Source: an uncultured cyanobacterium
GTDB taxonomy: Bacteria; Cyanobacteriota; Cyanobacteriia; PCC-9006; JAAUQQ01
Direction of reading: 5' to 3'
DNA: 64,000 nt
Assembly (NCBI GenBank): GCA_963718615.1
Contig: OY970368.1
Location: 3,347,973 to 3,411,972 of the forward strand
Shown: positions 20,407 to 30,934 of the stretch, piece after piece
Position numbering within the stretch: the stretch's first letter is position 1
Layout of the letters: each line of letters starts with the position of its first letter
Position numbers and translations under genes: made by a program
The notes under the pieces: model-generated
Told to the model about the DNA's origin: nothing
Seen by the model: the letters and a program-made list of their open reading frames with translations, nothing else
Database searches by the model: none

Positions 20407-21675
20407 ATGACTCCTCCCCATGACCCTTCTGCCTCGCGATCGCCCCTTCGGTGGCTCACCCCCAAACCTTGGCTGCTCCAGCGCGATCGCCTCACCCACG
20501 GGCTCGAAATCCGCTGGGTCAACCCCTCCTATAGCGGTTGGGTGTTGATAGGACTAGGGGCGTTTTTCTTTTTGGCGGCGAGCAACACCATGGCGGGTTG
20601 GCTCTACGTGATGAGTGGGGTGACCGTGGCGCTGTTGGCGATCGCCACCTACCTGGCTCGGCGCAGTCTGAAAGGATTGACCGTGACTCGGAGCGATCGC
20701 GCCGCCTTTGTCAGCACCGATCAGCCGATTCCCCTGAGCCTCGCGATCGAAAATTCTACAAGTCAGCCCAAAACCCTTCTGGAACTCCAAGAGGGTCCAC
20801 CGCTTGCGGTCGAGAGCTGCTATCGACAGGCGATCGCCCTGATCCCCGCCCGCGATCGCTTGCCCCTGCGCTACAGCCTCCCAGGCCAACCCCGAGGCAT
20901 TCTTCGCTGGGAAACCTTGACACTGCGCAGTGCCGCGCCCCTAGGGTTGCTCTGGCACCGTCGGACCCTAGAGGCTCCCTTCAAAGCCGTCGTCTCTCCC
21001 CCGATTTTGCCCCTTGATCGCTGTTCCCTGGTGGATAGTCTTGGACAGGAGCAAAACCCCAACCTCCTGAAGATTCAGCGATCGCAAACCGCCAACGAAG
21101 GCCTCACCCGCGCCCTGCGACCCTATCGCTGGGGCGACCCCATCCGCATGGTCCATTGGCGAACCAGCGCCCGTTATGGCGAACTGCGCGTCCGCGAACT
21201 AGAAACCCTCCAAGCCGGGGAAGACATTGTTTTTGCCCTGGACGACCAACATCCTTGGTTTGCCATCCCCGAACTGAACCTTACCGGCCTAGGCCAGCTT
21301 CGCCCCCAGGCGATCAATAGCTTCGAGCAAGCCGTCGTCGCCCTCGCGTCCCTGTATCGTTACGCGAGCCGTTATCAGAGCCGAGTTGCCCTCTGGACCC
21401 AAACCCATGGGTTGCTTCGAGGCGATCGCCCCATCCTCGAAGCCCTCGCCGGCATTCAGCCCCCTGCCCCCACGCCCCAAACCATTCGTTCTCCTAGCGA
21501 TCGCCCCCAGCAACCGCTCATCTGGCTGACCCAAACCCCCAACACCCTCAGTCAACTTCCTCCCGGCAGCCGCTGGCTCCTTTGGCCTCATCCTGCGATC
21601 CCTCTTCAATCCTTGAATACCAAGGGACTGACCCTAGATCCCCCTCAACCCCTCCAATTCCAGCTGCAATTCTAG
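20407..21675 (+). CDS. DUF58-family protein
   Basis: N-terminal TM helices followed by the DUF58-like motif 'YRWGDPIRMVHWRTSARYGELRVRELE'. ATG at 20407; ORF track starts at TTG 20395. Confidence 0.65.
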   Translation: MTPPHDPSASRSPLRWLTPKPWLLQRDRLTHGLEIRWVNPSYSGWVLIGLGAFFFLAASNTMAGWLYVMSGVTVALLAIATYLARRSLKGLTVTRSDRAAFVSTDQPIPLSLAIENSTSQPKTLLELQEGPPLAVESCYRQAIALIPARDRLPLRYSLPGQPRGILRWETLTLRSAAPLGLLWHRRTLEAPFKAVVSPPILPLDRCSLVDSLGQEQNPNLLKIQRSQTANEGLTRALRPYRWGDPIRMVHWRTSARYGELRVRELETLQAGEDIVFALDDQHPWFAIPELNLTGLGQLRPQAINSFEQAVVALASLYRYASRYQSRVALWTQTHGLLRGDRPILEALAGIQPPAPTPQTIRSPSDRPQQPLIWLTQTPNTLSQLPPGSRWLLWPHPAIPLQSLNTKGLTLDPPQPLQFQLQF

Positions 21676-21712
21676 AAATCCTTCTTTCTTCTCTCTTTTT
21701 CTTCTTTTCTCT

Positions 21713-22129
21713 ATGCTGCCCCCCGAATTTTGGCAAGGTGCTGACCAGTTCAATCAAAGCGAGTTTTACGCCTGTCACGACACCTTCGAAGCCCTTTGGA
21801 TGGAAACCCTAGATCCCGATCGCACCTTTTATCAGGGTCTACTGCAAATCGCCGTCGGTCTATATCACCTCAGCAACCTCAACTGGCAGGGAGCCGTTAC
21901 CCTCCTCGGCAGCGGCAGCGGTCGGCTGCGGGGCTATGAGCCGGACTACGAAGGCGTTCAGGTCACCCCCGTGCGCGAGGCGGCTCAAGCGATTTTGGAA
22001 TTGCTGCAAACCGAAGGCCCCGATCAGATTAAACCCTGCGCCGAAGCCGTTGGATTACAGCCTGGGGGAGAGCCGGCTCGGCTGACATTACCTCAGATTT
22101 ATCCCCTCGACGAAGCTTCAATCCTTTGA
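21713..22129 (+). CDS. DUF309-family protein
   Basis: 'FNQSEFYACHDTFEALW' matches the DUF309 core (FN-x-G-x-[FY]-x-x-HE-x-x-E-x-x-W). Confidence 0.55.
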   Translation: MLPPEFWQGADQFNQSEFYACHDTFEALWMETLDPDRTFYQGLLQIAVGLYHLSNLNWQGAVTLLGSGSGRLRGYEPDYEGVQVTPVREAAQAILELLQTEGPDQIKPCAEAVGLQPGGEPARLTLPQIYPLDEASIL

Positions 22130-22417
22130 TAGACCTTTATTGAATCGATCATTAATCGAACAATTAACCGAATCACGGCATTGTCCGATGGCTTTGTCCT
22201 GGGGAAATAAAAAATTTCTGGGAAAACTAATAGCGAGCACGCCCTGGGCAGCCCGTCCGGTCGTTAGTAGCCGTAAGCTAAGATCACGAAAGCAGGCAAC
22301 CTTGAGCCCGATTGCACAGTCCCTAGATCATAGAGGCTGACATGGATGGCTCTGGGCCGAAGTCGGTCTGAGTGAATCCATTGTGACTCAGTTCTTGGTT
22401 GGGTGAAGTAATTTCTG

Positions 22418-22918
22418 GTGTTGGTGGCAATCATGGTGGCGTTCTTCAAAACTCCTCGAATGTTTTTAGGGCAAGGCGGATCTCGTAAAACCGCTCTGGT
22501 GGCGGGATTAGTGGCGGTCTGCGTCGGGGGGCTAGGGTCCATCGTTGGGCCGAGTCTGACGGGGGGCGATCGCGCCCAAGCCCAAACGGGTTCCCCCAAT
22601 GCCATCACGCTCGATGCGGATGTGCAGGAAGCCAACGCCAAAACCGGCGTAGTGACCGCCCGAGGCAACGTACGAATTGTCTATCCTGCACGCCAAATCC
22701 AAGCTACAGCTGCCCAAGCCCAATACTTTAGCCAAGAGCGCCGCATTGTCATGACGGGCAATGTCAATGTCATTCAATCCGGGACCAATAGCATTCGCGG
22801 CGAAGTGGTGACCTATTTGATTGATGAAGGTCGGTTTGTGGCCTTGCCCAAGCAAACTCAGCAGGTGCGATCGGTCTATACGATTAATGACCCAAACCCG
22901 GTCCCCGCTGGGCAGTAA
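22418..22918 (+). CDS. LptA/OstA-family protein (LPS transport periplasmic component; could be LptC-like)
   Basis: N-terminal anchor then OstA-like strands ('TARGNVRIVYPARQIQATAAQAQY...IVMTGNVNVIQSGTNSIRGEVVTY'); immediately upstream of lptB. GTG start, ATG alternative at 22433. Confidence 0.65.
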   Translation: MLVAIMVAFFKTPRMFLGQGGSRKTALVAGLVAVCVGGLGSIVGPSLTGGDRAQAQTGSPNAITLDADVQEANAKTGVVTARGNVRIVYPARQIQATAAQAQYFSQERRIVMTGNVNVIQSGTNSIRGEVVTYLIDEGRFVALPKQTQQVRSVYTINDPNPVPAGQ

Positions 22919-22934
22919 GCCGAACCTTGGGTTG

Positions 22935-22980
22935 GTCTTACAGCCTTTAGTCTTACAGCCTTTGGTCTTACAGCCTTTGG
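22935..22980. repeat. Intergenic tandem repeat, 3 copies of a 15-bp unit (gtcttacagccttt[ag])
   Basis: Read directly in the lptA-like/lptB spacer. Confidence 0.8.
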
Positions 22981-23071
22981 TTTCACTGCATAAAGCGAAG
23001 CAATTCAACCGAAGAGTCCACTAGATACCTCTTTAGCGTCCCGTTCAGCCTATTCCCGTTCAGCTCAGGAG

Positions 23072-23806
23072 TTGTCCTTGAAGATTCTGCTTGAAAACGT
23101 CCAAAAGAGTTATGGCAAAAAGCCCATTGTGCGTCGAGTCAATCTCTCGATCTCCCAGGGGGAAATTGTCGGGCTTTTGGGACCCAATGGCGCAGGCAAG
23201 ACAACGACGTTTTATATGGCTACCGGCATTGAAAAACCCGATCACGGACGGGTGTGGCTCGATGACCACGACATTACTCGGCTCTCCATGACCCATCGCG
23301 CTCGTCTGGGGGTGGGCTATTTGGCTCAGGAAGCTAGTATTTTCCGGCATCTGAGTGTCGAAGACAATCTTCGCCTCGTCCTCCAACAGAGTGCGCTGTC
23401 CAGAACTGAGCAAGCGGAGCGCCTGAACCAACTGATGAAAGAGTTTCGGCTCCAGCGGGTGGCCCACACCCTAGGGATTCAGGTGTCCGGGGGAGAGCGA
23501 CGACGGACGGAAATTGCCCGAGCCCTAGCAACCGGAAGCGCTGGGCCTAAGTTTTTGCTCTTGGATGAGCCCTTTGCGGGGATTGATCCGATTTCCGTGG
23601 CGGAAATTCAGGAGATTATCGAACAGCTTCGTCGCAAGCAAATTGGTATCCTCATCACAGACCATAATGTGCGCGAGACGTTGAGTATTACCGATCGCGC
23701 CTATATTCTCCGGGATGGCGAAATCCTCGCAGCCGGGAGCCCCGAGGAACTCTACGGTAATCCCTTGGTTCGCCAATATTACCTCGGCGAAAATTTTCAG
23801 CTTTAG
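23072..23806 (+). CDS. lptB: LPS export ABC transporter ATP-binding protein
   Basis: Walker A 'GPNGAGKTT', ABC signature 'VSGGERRR', Walker B 'LLLDEPFAGID'; size and context typical of LptB. TTG start. Confidence 0.9.
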   Translation: MSLKILLENVQKSYGKKPIVRRVNLSISQGEIVGLLGPNGAGKTTTFYMATGIEKPDHGRVWLDDHDITRLSMTHRARLGVGYLAQEASIFRHLSVEDNLRLVLQQSALSRTEQAERLNQLMKEFRLQRVAHTLGIQVSGGERRRTEIARALATGSAGPKFLLLDEPFAGIDPISVAEIQEIIEQLRRKQIGILITDHNVRETLSITDRAYILRDGEILAAGSPEELYGNPLVRQYYLGENFQL

Positions 23807-23839
23807 TCCACTCTTCTTTGATTTACGCCCAGATCTTCA

Positions 23840-25036
23840 ATGGCCTCTATTACCCCTAGCCTTGCTAAATCCCTTGGTCGCTCCCAGTCTTGGCGATCGC
23901 TTTGGGGTTGGCTACCGATTATGGATCGCTACATTTTTATGCAGCTCCTGGGGCCATTTTTGTTTGGGGTAGGCATTTTTTCCTCCGTGGCGCTCTCCAT
24001 TGGGGTTGTCTTTGACCTGGTACGTAAAGTCACCGAATCAGGGCTACCGTTGGGGATTGCGCTGGAAGTTTTCTTGCTAAAAATGCCGTCGTTTGTGGTG
24101 TTGGCGTTTCCGATGTCGATGCTGCTGGCCACGCTCATGGCCTACAGTCGCTTGTCCAGTGATAGTGAGCTGACGGCGCTGCGCAGTTGTGGCATTAGCG
24201 CCTATCGGTTTGTGATTCCGGCGATTTTGCTCAGCGTTATGGTTACGGGGCTGACGTTTGTCTTTAACGAAGCCGTGGTTCCCGCTGCAACCACCCAGGC
24301 GAATGAGACGCTGAAAATGGCACTGGAGGGCGATCGCCCCATGTTCCAGGACCAAAATATTCTCTACGAACAATACGAGCGAGTGCGGACGCCAGAAGGC
24401 GACAGAATTAATGTCCTTAACCGCTTGTTTTATGCCCAGAGCTATGACGGCGAGCGGATGCATGGTCTGACAATTTTGGATTTTTCACGGGGGAGCCTCA
24501 GCCAAATTTTGACCGCCGATTCGGGCCTCTGGAATATGTCCGCCAATACCTGGGACTTTTTTGATGGTTCTATCTATTTGGTTGCGCCGGATGGTTCCTA
24601 TCGCAATATTGTGACGTTCCAGCAGCATCAGCTCAATTTGGCCAAAACCCCCATCGACTTGAGCCAGCGTAGACGAGATTCGACGGAGATGAATATTGCA
24701 GAATCCAAAGAATATTTAGCGTTGTTGGAGCAGGGGGGCGATCGCAAAAAGGCCCAAAAGCTAGAGGTCCGCATTGCCCAAAAATACGCCTTTCCCTTTG
24801 TTTGCTTAATCTTTGGCCTGATTGGCGCAGCCCTGGGCATTGTGCCCAATCAGCGCACCAGCAAAGCCACGGGGTTTGGCCTGAGTGTGTTGATTATTTT
24901 TGCCTACTACATTACCGATTTCATTTGTGGGGCGATCGGCATTCGTGGCGCGCTACCGCCCTTGGTTGCCGCATTTTTACCCATCCTCATTGGGTTTGGC
25001 GTGGGCACAGGTCTGCTGGTGCGGGCGGCTCGCTAG
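23840..25036 (+). CDS. LptF/LptG-family permease (YjgP/YjgQ)
   Basis: About 400 aa with TM helices at both ends and a central periplasmic domain, directly after lptB. Confidence 0.8.
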   Translation: MASITPSLAKSLGRSQSWRSLWGWLPIMDRYIFMQLLGPFLFGVGIFSSVALSIGVVFDLVRKVTESGLPLGIALEVFLLKMPSFVVLAFPMSMLLATLMAYSRLSSDSELTALRSCGISAYRFVIPAILLSVMVTGLTFVFNEAVVPAATTQANETLKMALEGDRPMFQDQNILYEQYERVRTPEGDRINVLNRLFYAQSYDGERMHGLTILDFSRGSLSQILTADSGLWNMSANTWDFFDGSIYLVAPDGSYRNIVTFQQHQLNLAKTPIDLSQRRRDSTEMNIAESKEYLALLEQGGDRKKAQKLEVRIAQKYAFPFVCLIFGLIGAALGIVPNQRTSKATGFGLSVLIIFAYYITDFICGAIGIRGALPPLVAAFLPILIGFGVGTGLLVRAAR

Positions 25037-25074
25037 GCCTCCTCAGCCCCTTGACGGTCTAAGCCGTTGGTCCC

Positions 25075-27717
25075 CTATGTTGCTTGTAAACTCAGTTCAG
25101 CCTTGGGGGGAGTCCAATCCTGAGGCAATTGTTGAAAGAGCGGATGATCGGCAGCTAATCCCATTTCCTCAGACAAATACTGCGCCACTTGATGCAAATA
25201 ATCCGAAGCCCGTTGATGCACTTCAACCCCCTCGGGCTGTTCCTTGAGCAGCGACACATAGGTCTGGGTCGCCATTTCTAAATGGGCAAACGTCACATTG
25301 GAATTGTGGCTGGACTGGGGCAACATCCCTAGGCGTTGATGTACCAATCCCAGATTGAGCCGAGTGGCCACCGGATCAAACCCAAAGGAGGTTGCCCCTA
25401 CAGCCGTCAGCTCCCGCACCATCTGGAGGGCGGCATCATAGGCAATCACGCTTTGCTCTAGGGATTCTTGGGTGGTTTGTGGATCGGCATAGGGATGGCT
25501 CGCCAGATGCAGGAGCGATGCCCCGAGATTGTTTTGGGTGGCCGCGTGGGACAGGGGGGCTTCTGTACGGGTCCGGTACAGCAGCGCAATTTGATAGGTG
25601 CCGACGGCCAAACGCAAGAGGTCCAGGGATCGCTCCATTTGGCCCAGATGTAGATAGGCCGTTCCTAGGTTGTTCTGGATCATGCCGTACCGGAGGGGAT
25701 CCGTTTCGGGGTCATTGGCTGCTGCCGCTGCGGTATAGGCTGCGATCGCCTGTTGCAGACAGTTTGCGGCGCGATCGCCCATTTCCTGTTGGGCCAAGTT
25801 CCAATAGGCCGTCCCCAAATTATTAGGAATCGCTGCGGCTAGCATCGCAGTGGGTTGGGAGAGAGAGCGTTCGTCGGGGGCGATGTCATCGTTATCGTCC
25901 TCAGCTTTGGCCAACTGGGCTTTTTGACAGGCAGTCCAGGCCACTTCGTAGGCACGCACGGCCAATCGCCAGCTATTTTTGGGATTCTCCAGCGTGGCAA
26001 GACTGCCGTAGGCTTCGCCTAAATGGTCATGCAACTCAATCCAGGCACTAGAGAAGGGGTGCACCTGACAGCGCTGGATACCTTTGCGGTAGGTTTGCAC
26101 CGCTCGATGCAAACTTCTGAGGCGATGGTTGGGCTGTTGTCGACTCAAAGTCCAGTACAGATAGCCCAAATCATCATAGGTTTTGGGGTTGAGTGAGGCG
26201 TCGCGATCCAGATAGGGAAGGGCTTGTTCATAGGCGGCAATGGCAATCACAATATGCATCAAATTGCGCTGCCCTTGATTGACCCGTTCGCGATAGAAAT
26301 CAGCCAGGTTCAACAACCCCGAAGCCACTTGGCTGGCGGGAGGGGGTGCGTCGGTATGGGTCGCGTCCAATTGTTCCCAGATCATCAATGGCGGATAGGC
26401 TACCGAGCCCCCACCGGGCTGTAGTTGTGCCAGTTTTTCGATGAGTTTACCGAGGGGAATCTGTGTGGGTTGATTGATCAGAGCCGCCACCAGATCGGAG
26501 GCCCCAAGCTGGGCCAAATCGCCTTGGGCAAGACTCTGCTCTGTCCGGTTGGTTGCCTCGGAACCGACATCTGGAGGGGATTGGGTGGGGGCTTCTGCTT
26601 CTAGCTGGAAGGCGGTAGCTTCTGGGGCTTCTAGCTCCCCAATCTCCTCTAAATTCTCTAGCTCTTCTGGGTCTTCTAGATTCTCTAGGTTCTCTTCGGT
26701 GGTGGCCCTCCATTCCGCATTGGGCTTTAAATCTGTGTAGGTTTCCAAATCCGTAAACGCATCGGGATCGGGTGGAACAGCAACTGCGGCTAACACCATC
26801 GGCTGAGCAGTTTCCAGCGCTTGCAATGCAGCTAGGGCTTCAGAGGCTTGGCGGTAGCGTTGACGGGTGGCGCGCTGCAAGAGTCGATTTAAAATCGCTT
26901 TGAGCCCTTCACTGATGGCGATCGCGCAGTCTTCTTCCCAGCGCCAACAGTCCTCTTCCAAATCCCACAGCTTTTCAGGATGCTTGCCGGTTAAGAGCTG
27001 AATCGCCGTTACCCCAAGGCTATACAAATCGCTAGACAAAACCAGATTGCCCAGGAGGCATTCCGGGGCACGATAGCGCAATTGCTGCAAATCCTGGATG
27101 CGTTCGGGGGCCGGGGTGACATAGCCCTGGGAAGGATGGCCCACTTGCTTGGGGAGGGCGATCGCCCGATAGCTGACCAACTTAAGCCCCACCTGAGCCC
27201 CGCCGTCCACCAGCGTCAGCGGTCGCAAATCTCCATGAATAATCTGGGCCTGATGGAGTTCATCCAAAGCGCTCAAAACGGTCGTCATGACCGCGCGAAC
27301 TTCTGCCTCAGACAACAGCCCTTGGCGATCCAGACGCTGGGCGAGGTTTTCCCCTTCAATCCACTGATGAATTAAAAACTGGGCTCCTCGATAGGTACCT
27401 CCAGAGGGACCTAATTGCTCAACCACGGCCAAAATTCGGGGCAGGGCCCGCTGGTGACTCAGTTGCTCCAAACGCAGCAGTGCCGACGGTTCCCAATAGG
27501 GGATCGATTGGGTTTCGTCTCCCAGCCGCAAGGCCACCCCTTGGGGCTGGGACGGTAAATGCTCATCCCGCACAATCAGCGATTGGCCCAGTGCCCCCAA
27601 GGGTTGTAGCGGACGAAAGCGATTCACAATCAGGAGGGGGCTACCACAATGGTGACAAAATCTTGCTGTGGGAGGGTTTTGTGGCTTAGAACAGGCGGCG
27701 TTGGAGCAGTAGGTCAT
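25075..27717 (-). CDS. Ser/Thr protein kinase with N-terminal zinc ribbon and C-terminal TPR-like repeats
   Basis: 'CSNAACSKPQNPPTARFCHHCGSPL' zinc ribbon; Hanks kinase motifs ('IIHGDLRP', 'YRAPECL'); long helical repeat region C-terminal. Confidence 0.85.
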   Translation of the reverse strand: MTYCSNAACSKPQNPPTARFCHHCGSPLLIVNRFRPLQPLGALGQSLIVRDEHLPSQPQGVALRLGDETQSIPYWEPSALLRLEQLSHQRALPRILAVVEQLGPSGGTYRGAQFLIHQWIEGENLAQRLDRQGLLSEAEVRAVMTTVLSALDELHQAQIIHGDLRPLTLVDGGAQVGLKLVSYRAIALPKQVGHPSQGYVTPAPERIQDLQQLRYRAPECLLGNLVLSSDLYSLGVTAIQLLTGKHPEKLWDLEEDCWRWEEDCAIAISEGLKAILNRLLQRATRQRYRQASEALAALQALETAQPMVLAAVAVPPDPDAFTDLETYTDLKPNAEWRATTEENLENLEDPEELENLEEIGELEAPEATAFQLEAEAPTQSPPDVGSEATNRTEQSLAQGDLAQLGASDLVAALINQPTQIPLGKLIEKLAQLQPGGGSVAYPPLMIWEQLDATHTDAPPPASQVASGLLNLADFYRERVNQGQRNLMHIVIAIAAYEQALPYLDRDASLNPKTYDDLGYLYWTLSRQQPNHRLRSLHRAVQTYRKGIQRCQVHPFSSAWIELHDHLGEAYGSLATLENPKNSWRLAVRAYEVAWTACQKAQLAKAEDDNDDIAPDERSLSQPTAMLAAAIPNNLGTAYWNLAQQEMGDRAANCLQQAIAAYTAAAAANDPETDPLRYGMIQNNLGTAYLHLGQMERSLDLLRLAVGTYQIALLYRTRTEAPLSHAATQNNLGASLLHLASHPYADPQTTQESLEQSVIAYDAALQMVRELTAVGATSFGFDPVATRLNLGLVHQRLGMLPQSSHNSNVTFAHLEMATQTYVSLLKEQPEGVEVHQRASDYLHQVAQYLSEEMGLAADHPLFQQLPQDWTPPKAELSLQAT

Positions 27718-27831
27718 GACATTCGGTAGCTCATATCTTTATGAGTACCCAATTTGATGACCTGTCTCAGAGAATGGCTCAAATTTCACGGAACGGCATG
27801 ACCCGACAAAGACGCCGGCTGGAAAAAAGAC

Positions 27832-28719
27832 TTAAAGCTTCAAATCTCCCTTAGGGTTCAGCCATTCATTCAATCCCTCACCCAGCAGCGAGAGGCTCAC
27901 CACTAACGTGGTCAAGGCCAGTCCCGGAAACAGCGCTGTCCACCAAATTCCTGTGGGCAACGCCCCCAGAGCCTGTTGCAAATCCTGCCCCCATTCCGGT
28001 GTAGTGGGGGGTAAGCCCAAGCCTAAAAATCCTAAGCCTCCCAGAACCAACACCGCATCCGCCGCATTGAGCGTAAACAGCACCGGTACGCTGGGAATCA
28101 CATTCAAAAATAAATATCGACTGATAATTTTCCAGGTCGACGCGCCCATGGCCTGGGCCGCTTCCACAAACAGCTCGGCCTTGACGCTGACGGTCTGGTT
28201 ACGCACGACCCGATAGTACTGGGGCACATAGGCAACACAGAGGGCCAGCGCCGCATTGAGCAACCCTCGCCCTACCACAAAGGCCAGCGTAATCGATAGC
28301 AACAACCCCGGCAAGGTGTACAGCGTATCCATCAAAAACAGCAGGATCCGATCCAACCCGCCCCCCAAATAGCCGCTGACCAGCCCAAGGGGAACACCGA
28401 TCAGCAAACTGAGCAACGTCGCTAAAACAACCACCTTGAGCGCGGCCTGGGTCCCAAACAGCGTCCGCGAAAACACGTCATACCCCTCTTGGCTAGTGCC
28501 AAACCAGTGGGCCGCTGACGGAGGCTCATGGATCGGATTGATTAGGGATGCTGTGGGATCCTGCACCCAGCCCAACCCTTGGAACAGGGGCGCGAGCAGC
28601 GCGAGCAAGATAAAGGCCAAGGTCATCAGCAAGCCCACCCCCGTCAGCCGCGCCGACAAACTGGGTCCAAATAGACCCCGAATCTGACGCAGTGATCCAG
28701 ATTGAATGAAAGATGCCAT
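27832..28719 (-). CDS. ABC transporter permease (DppC/OppC-type)
   Basis: Six predicted TM helices and an EAA-loop motif 'VEAAQAMGAS'. Start placed at the ATG giving 'MASFIQ...'; ORF track extends to 28788. Confidence 0.7.
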   Translation of the reverse strand: MASFIQSGSLRQIRGLFGPSLSARLTGVGLLMTLAFILLALLAPLFQGLGWVQDPTASLINPIHEPPSAAHWFGTSQEGYDVFSRTLFGTQAALKVVVLATLLSLLIGVPLGLVSGYLGGGLDRILLFLMDTLYTLPGLLLSITLAFVVGRGLLNAALALCVAYVPQYYRVVRNQTVSVKAELFVEAAQAMGASTWKIISRYLFLNVIPSVPVLFTLNAADAVLVLGGLGFLGLGLPPTTPEWGQDLQQALGALPTGIWWTALFPGLALTTLVVSLSLLGEGLNEWLNPKGDLKL

Positions 28720-28965
28720 GGCAGATTGCACCGAATGATTGAACCGAATGCTGTCGCCCCATTCTAAAACTGAAGACAACACAAACAAATGTTAACCAGA
28801 TCGATCGTTTACTTTGCCCCTCTAAAATTCTCGTTTACCATTGGGCCGGGTTGCAGCTCGATGAAGACTTGCTTGCGAGTGATCAGGCAGGTCTGTTTTG
28901 TGCATGAATTCCAGGATTTCCCAGACTTTGCTAACCTAGCTTAGATAGTCTTGGAAGGTTGACGC

Positions 28966-30129
28966 GTGGATATCCAACTGGGAAGGGGTAAGGCTGCCCG
29001 TAGAGCCTATGGAATTGACGAAATTGCGCTGGTTCCTGGCCCGCGTACGTTAGATCCCAGTCTGGCGGATACTCGCTGGAGCATTGGTGGCATCGAGCGG
29101 GAAATCCCAATTATTGCGAGCGCGATGGATGGCGTCGTGGATGTGAAAATGGCGGTCCGCCTCGCTCAGTTGGGCAGTATGGGTGTGATTAATTTGGAGG
29201 GGATTCAGGCCCGCTACGAAGATCCGGAGCCCATTCTAGATCGCATTGCGGCGGTGGGTAAGGACGAGTTTGTGCCCTTGATGCAGGAACTCTATGCCAA
29301 GCCGGTTCAGCCGGAGCTGATTCAACGAAGAATTCGGCAAGTCAAGGACCAGGGGGGCATTGCTGCGGTGAGCGTGACGCCTGTGGGCGCGCTGAAATAT
29401 GGAGGGGCGATCGCCGAAGCCGGAGCCGATCTGCTCTTTATTCAGGCCACAGTCGTTTCTACCGATCATCTCTCTCCTGAGGCCATTACACCCCTAGACT
29501 TAGCTCAGTTTTGCGCGGAAATGTCCATGCCCGTCGTCTTGGGTAACTGTGTGACCTATGACGTTACCCTGAATCTAATGAAAACGGGCGCAGCCGCAGT
29601 TTTGGTTGGCATTGGTCCCGGTGCTGCCTGCACATCCCGTGGGGTCCTCGGCGTCGGAATTCCTCAAGCAACGGCGGTCGCTGACTGCGCCGCAGCTCGG
29701 GATGACTATTTCAAGGAGACCGGACGATACGTCCCGATCATTGCCGATGGTGGGTTGGTGACAGGGGGGGATATTTGCAAATGTATTGCCTGTGGAGCCG
29801 ATGGCGTCATGATTGGCTCTCCCTTTGCGCGAGCACAGGAAGCTCCTGGACGGGGCTTCCACTGGGGCATGGCGACCCCTAGCCCTGTACTACCACGGGG
29901 CACCCGTATCCGGGTCGGAACAACCGGAACACTGGAACAAATTTTGCGCGGTCCGGCCCAACTGGACGATGGCACCCATAACTTCCTCGGGGCTCTGCAA
30001 ACCAGCATGGGAACCTTGGGAGCCAAGGACATCAAGGAAATGCAGCAGGTTGAGGTGGTCATTGCCCCTTCTTTGCTGACGGAAGGCAAGGTTTACCAAA
30101 AGGCCCAGCAGTTGGGAATGGGTAAGTAG
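28966..30129 (+). CDS. IMP dehydrogenase-related protein (GuaB3-like, no CBS insert)
   Basis: 'GRGKAARRAYGIDEIALVPG' N-terminus and 'IADGGLVTGGDICKCIACGADGVMIGS' TIM-barrel phosphate-binding motif. GTG start. Confidence 0.8.
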   Translation: MDIQLGRGKAARRAYGIDEIALVPGPRTLDPSLADTRWSIGGIEREIPIIASAMDGVVDVKMAVRLAQLGSMGVINLEGIQARYEDPEPILDRIAAVGKDEFVPLMQELYAKPVQPELIQRRIRQVKDQGGIAAVSVTPVGALKYGGAIAEAGADLLFIQATVVSTDHLSPEAITPLDLAQFCAEMSMPVVLGNCVTYDVTLNLMKTGAAAVLVGIGPGAACTSRGVLGVGIPQATAVADCAAARDDYFKETGRYVPIIADGGLVTGGDICKCIACGADGVMIGSPFARAQEAPGRGFHWGMATPSPVLPRGTRIRVGTTGTLEQILRGPAQLDDGTHNFLGALQTSMGTLGAKDIKEMQQVEVVIAPSLLTEGKVYQKAQQLGMGK

Positions 30130-30450
30130 GGAGCGTCATGGCGTCGTAAAGAAATGTTGCAAAACCCCGCAACTGTTTATCTTTCAACGCTTTTCCGCTC
30201 ATTTCCTTGTGATATTGCGTGATATTGCACTGATAAATTGAGACGAGGCAACTACAATAAAGTGAGCGGAGACGCATGTTTCCGTTCACTCCTCACACCA
30301 CACTTCGCCTGGACGGAAGTTCAGGCGTTTCTTCTTTTATTTGTCCCCTCGTTTTCTGTATCCAAGTATGTCGGTCCTATTATCAAAATTCTCAGAGTTC
30401 GCTATTGTAGGAAATTGAGGATAATGATTCATTAACCAAGGGTTTTAAGC

Positions 30451-30774
30451 ATGTCAGCAGCCGCTTCGGTGACGGATGCCAATTTCAAGTCGGAAGTGTT
30501 GGAAAGTGAGCTTCCCGTACTCGTGGACTTTTGGGCTCCTTGGTGTGGCCCCTGTCGGATGGTTGCACCGGTTGTCGATGAAATCGCCCAACAGTACGAA
30601 GGTCAAGTCAAAGTGGTCAAGGTCAATACGGACGAGAGTCCAAGCGTGGCCAGCCAGTATGGCATTCGGAGCATTCCGACTCTAATGGTCTTCAAGGGAG
30701 GGCAGCGGGTCGATATGGTTGTGGGTGCTGTCCCCAAAGCAACATTGGCCAATACCCTCGAAAAATATCTCTAA
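30451..30774 (+). CDS. trxA: Thioredoxin
   Basis: 107 aa with the 'WAPWCGPC' active site. Confidence 0.93.
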   Translation: MSAAASVTDANFKSEVLESELPVLVDFWAPWCGPCRMVAPVVDEIAQQYEGQVKVVKVNTDESPSVASQYGIRSIPTLMVFKGGQRVDMVVGAVPKATLANTLEKYL

Positions 30775-30934
30775 GGTCTCCCTAAGCCCGTTTTCGGCAT
30801 TAGGCCAAAAACAGATTGACGAGCGAGGTCTCAGGACGGGGCCTCGCTTTTGCTAGTCTGATTTTGTGGCGTCTGCGCTTCATTCCCTGAGAAGTCATTG
30901 GGTACAATGAGAGTCCAATTCGTAAGCATCACCT

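Noticed and set aside
22140-22340. 66-aa ORF between the DUF309 gene and the lptA-like gene
   Set aside because: No motifs and atypical composition; more likely non-coding spacer or promoter region.
30130-30450. Direct repeat 'tgatattgc' x2 and partial inverted repeats upstream of trxA as a possible small RNA or operator
   Set aside because: Repeats are short and imperfect; cannot be distinguished from chance without comparative data.
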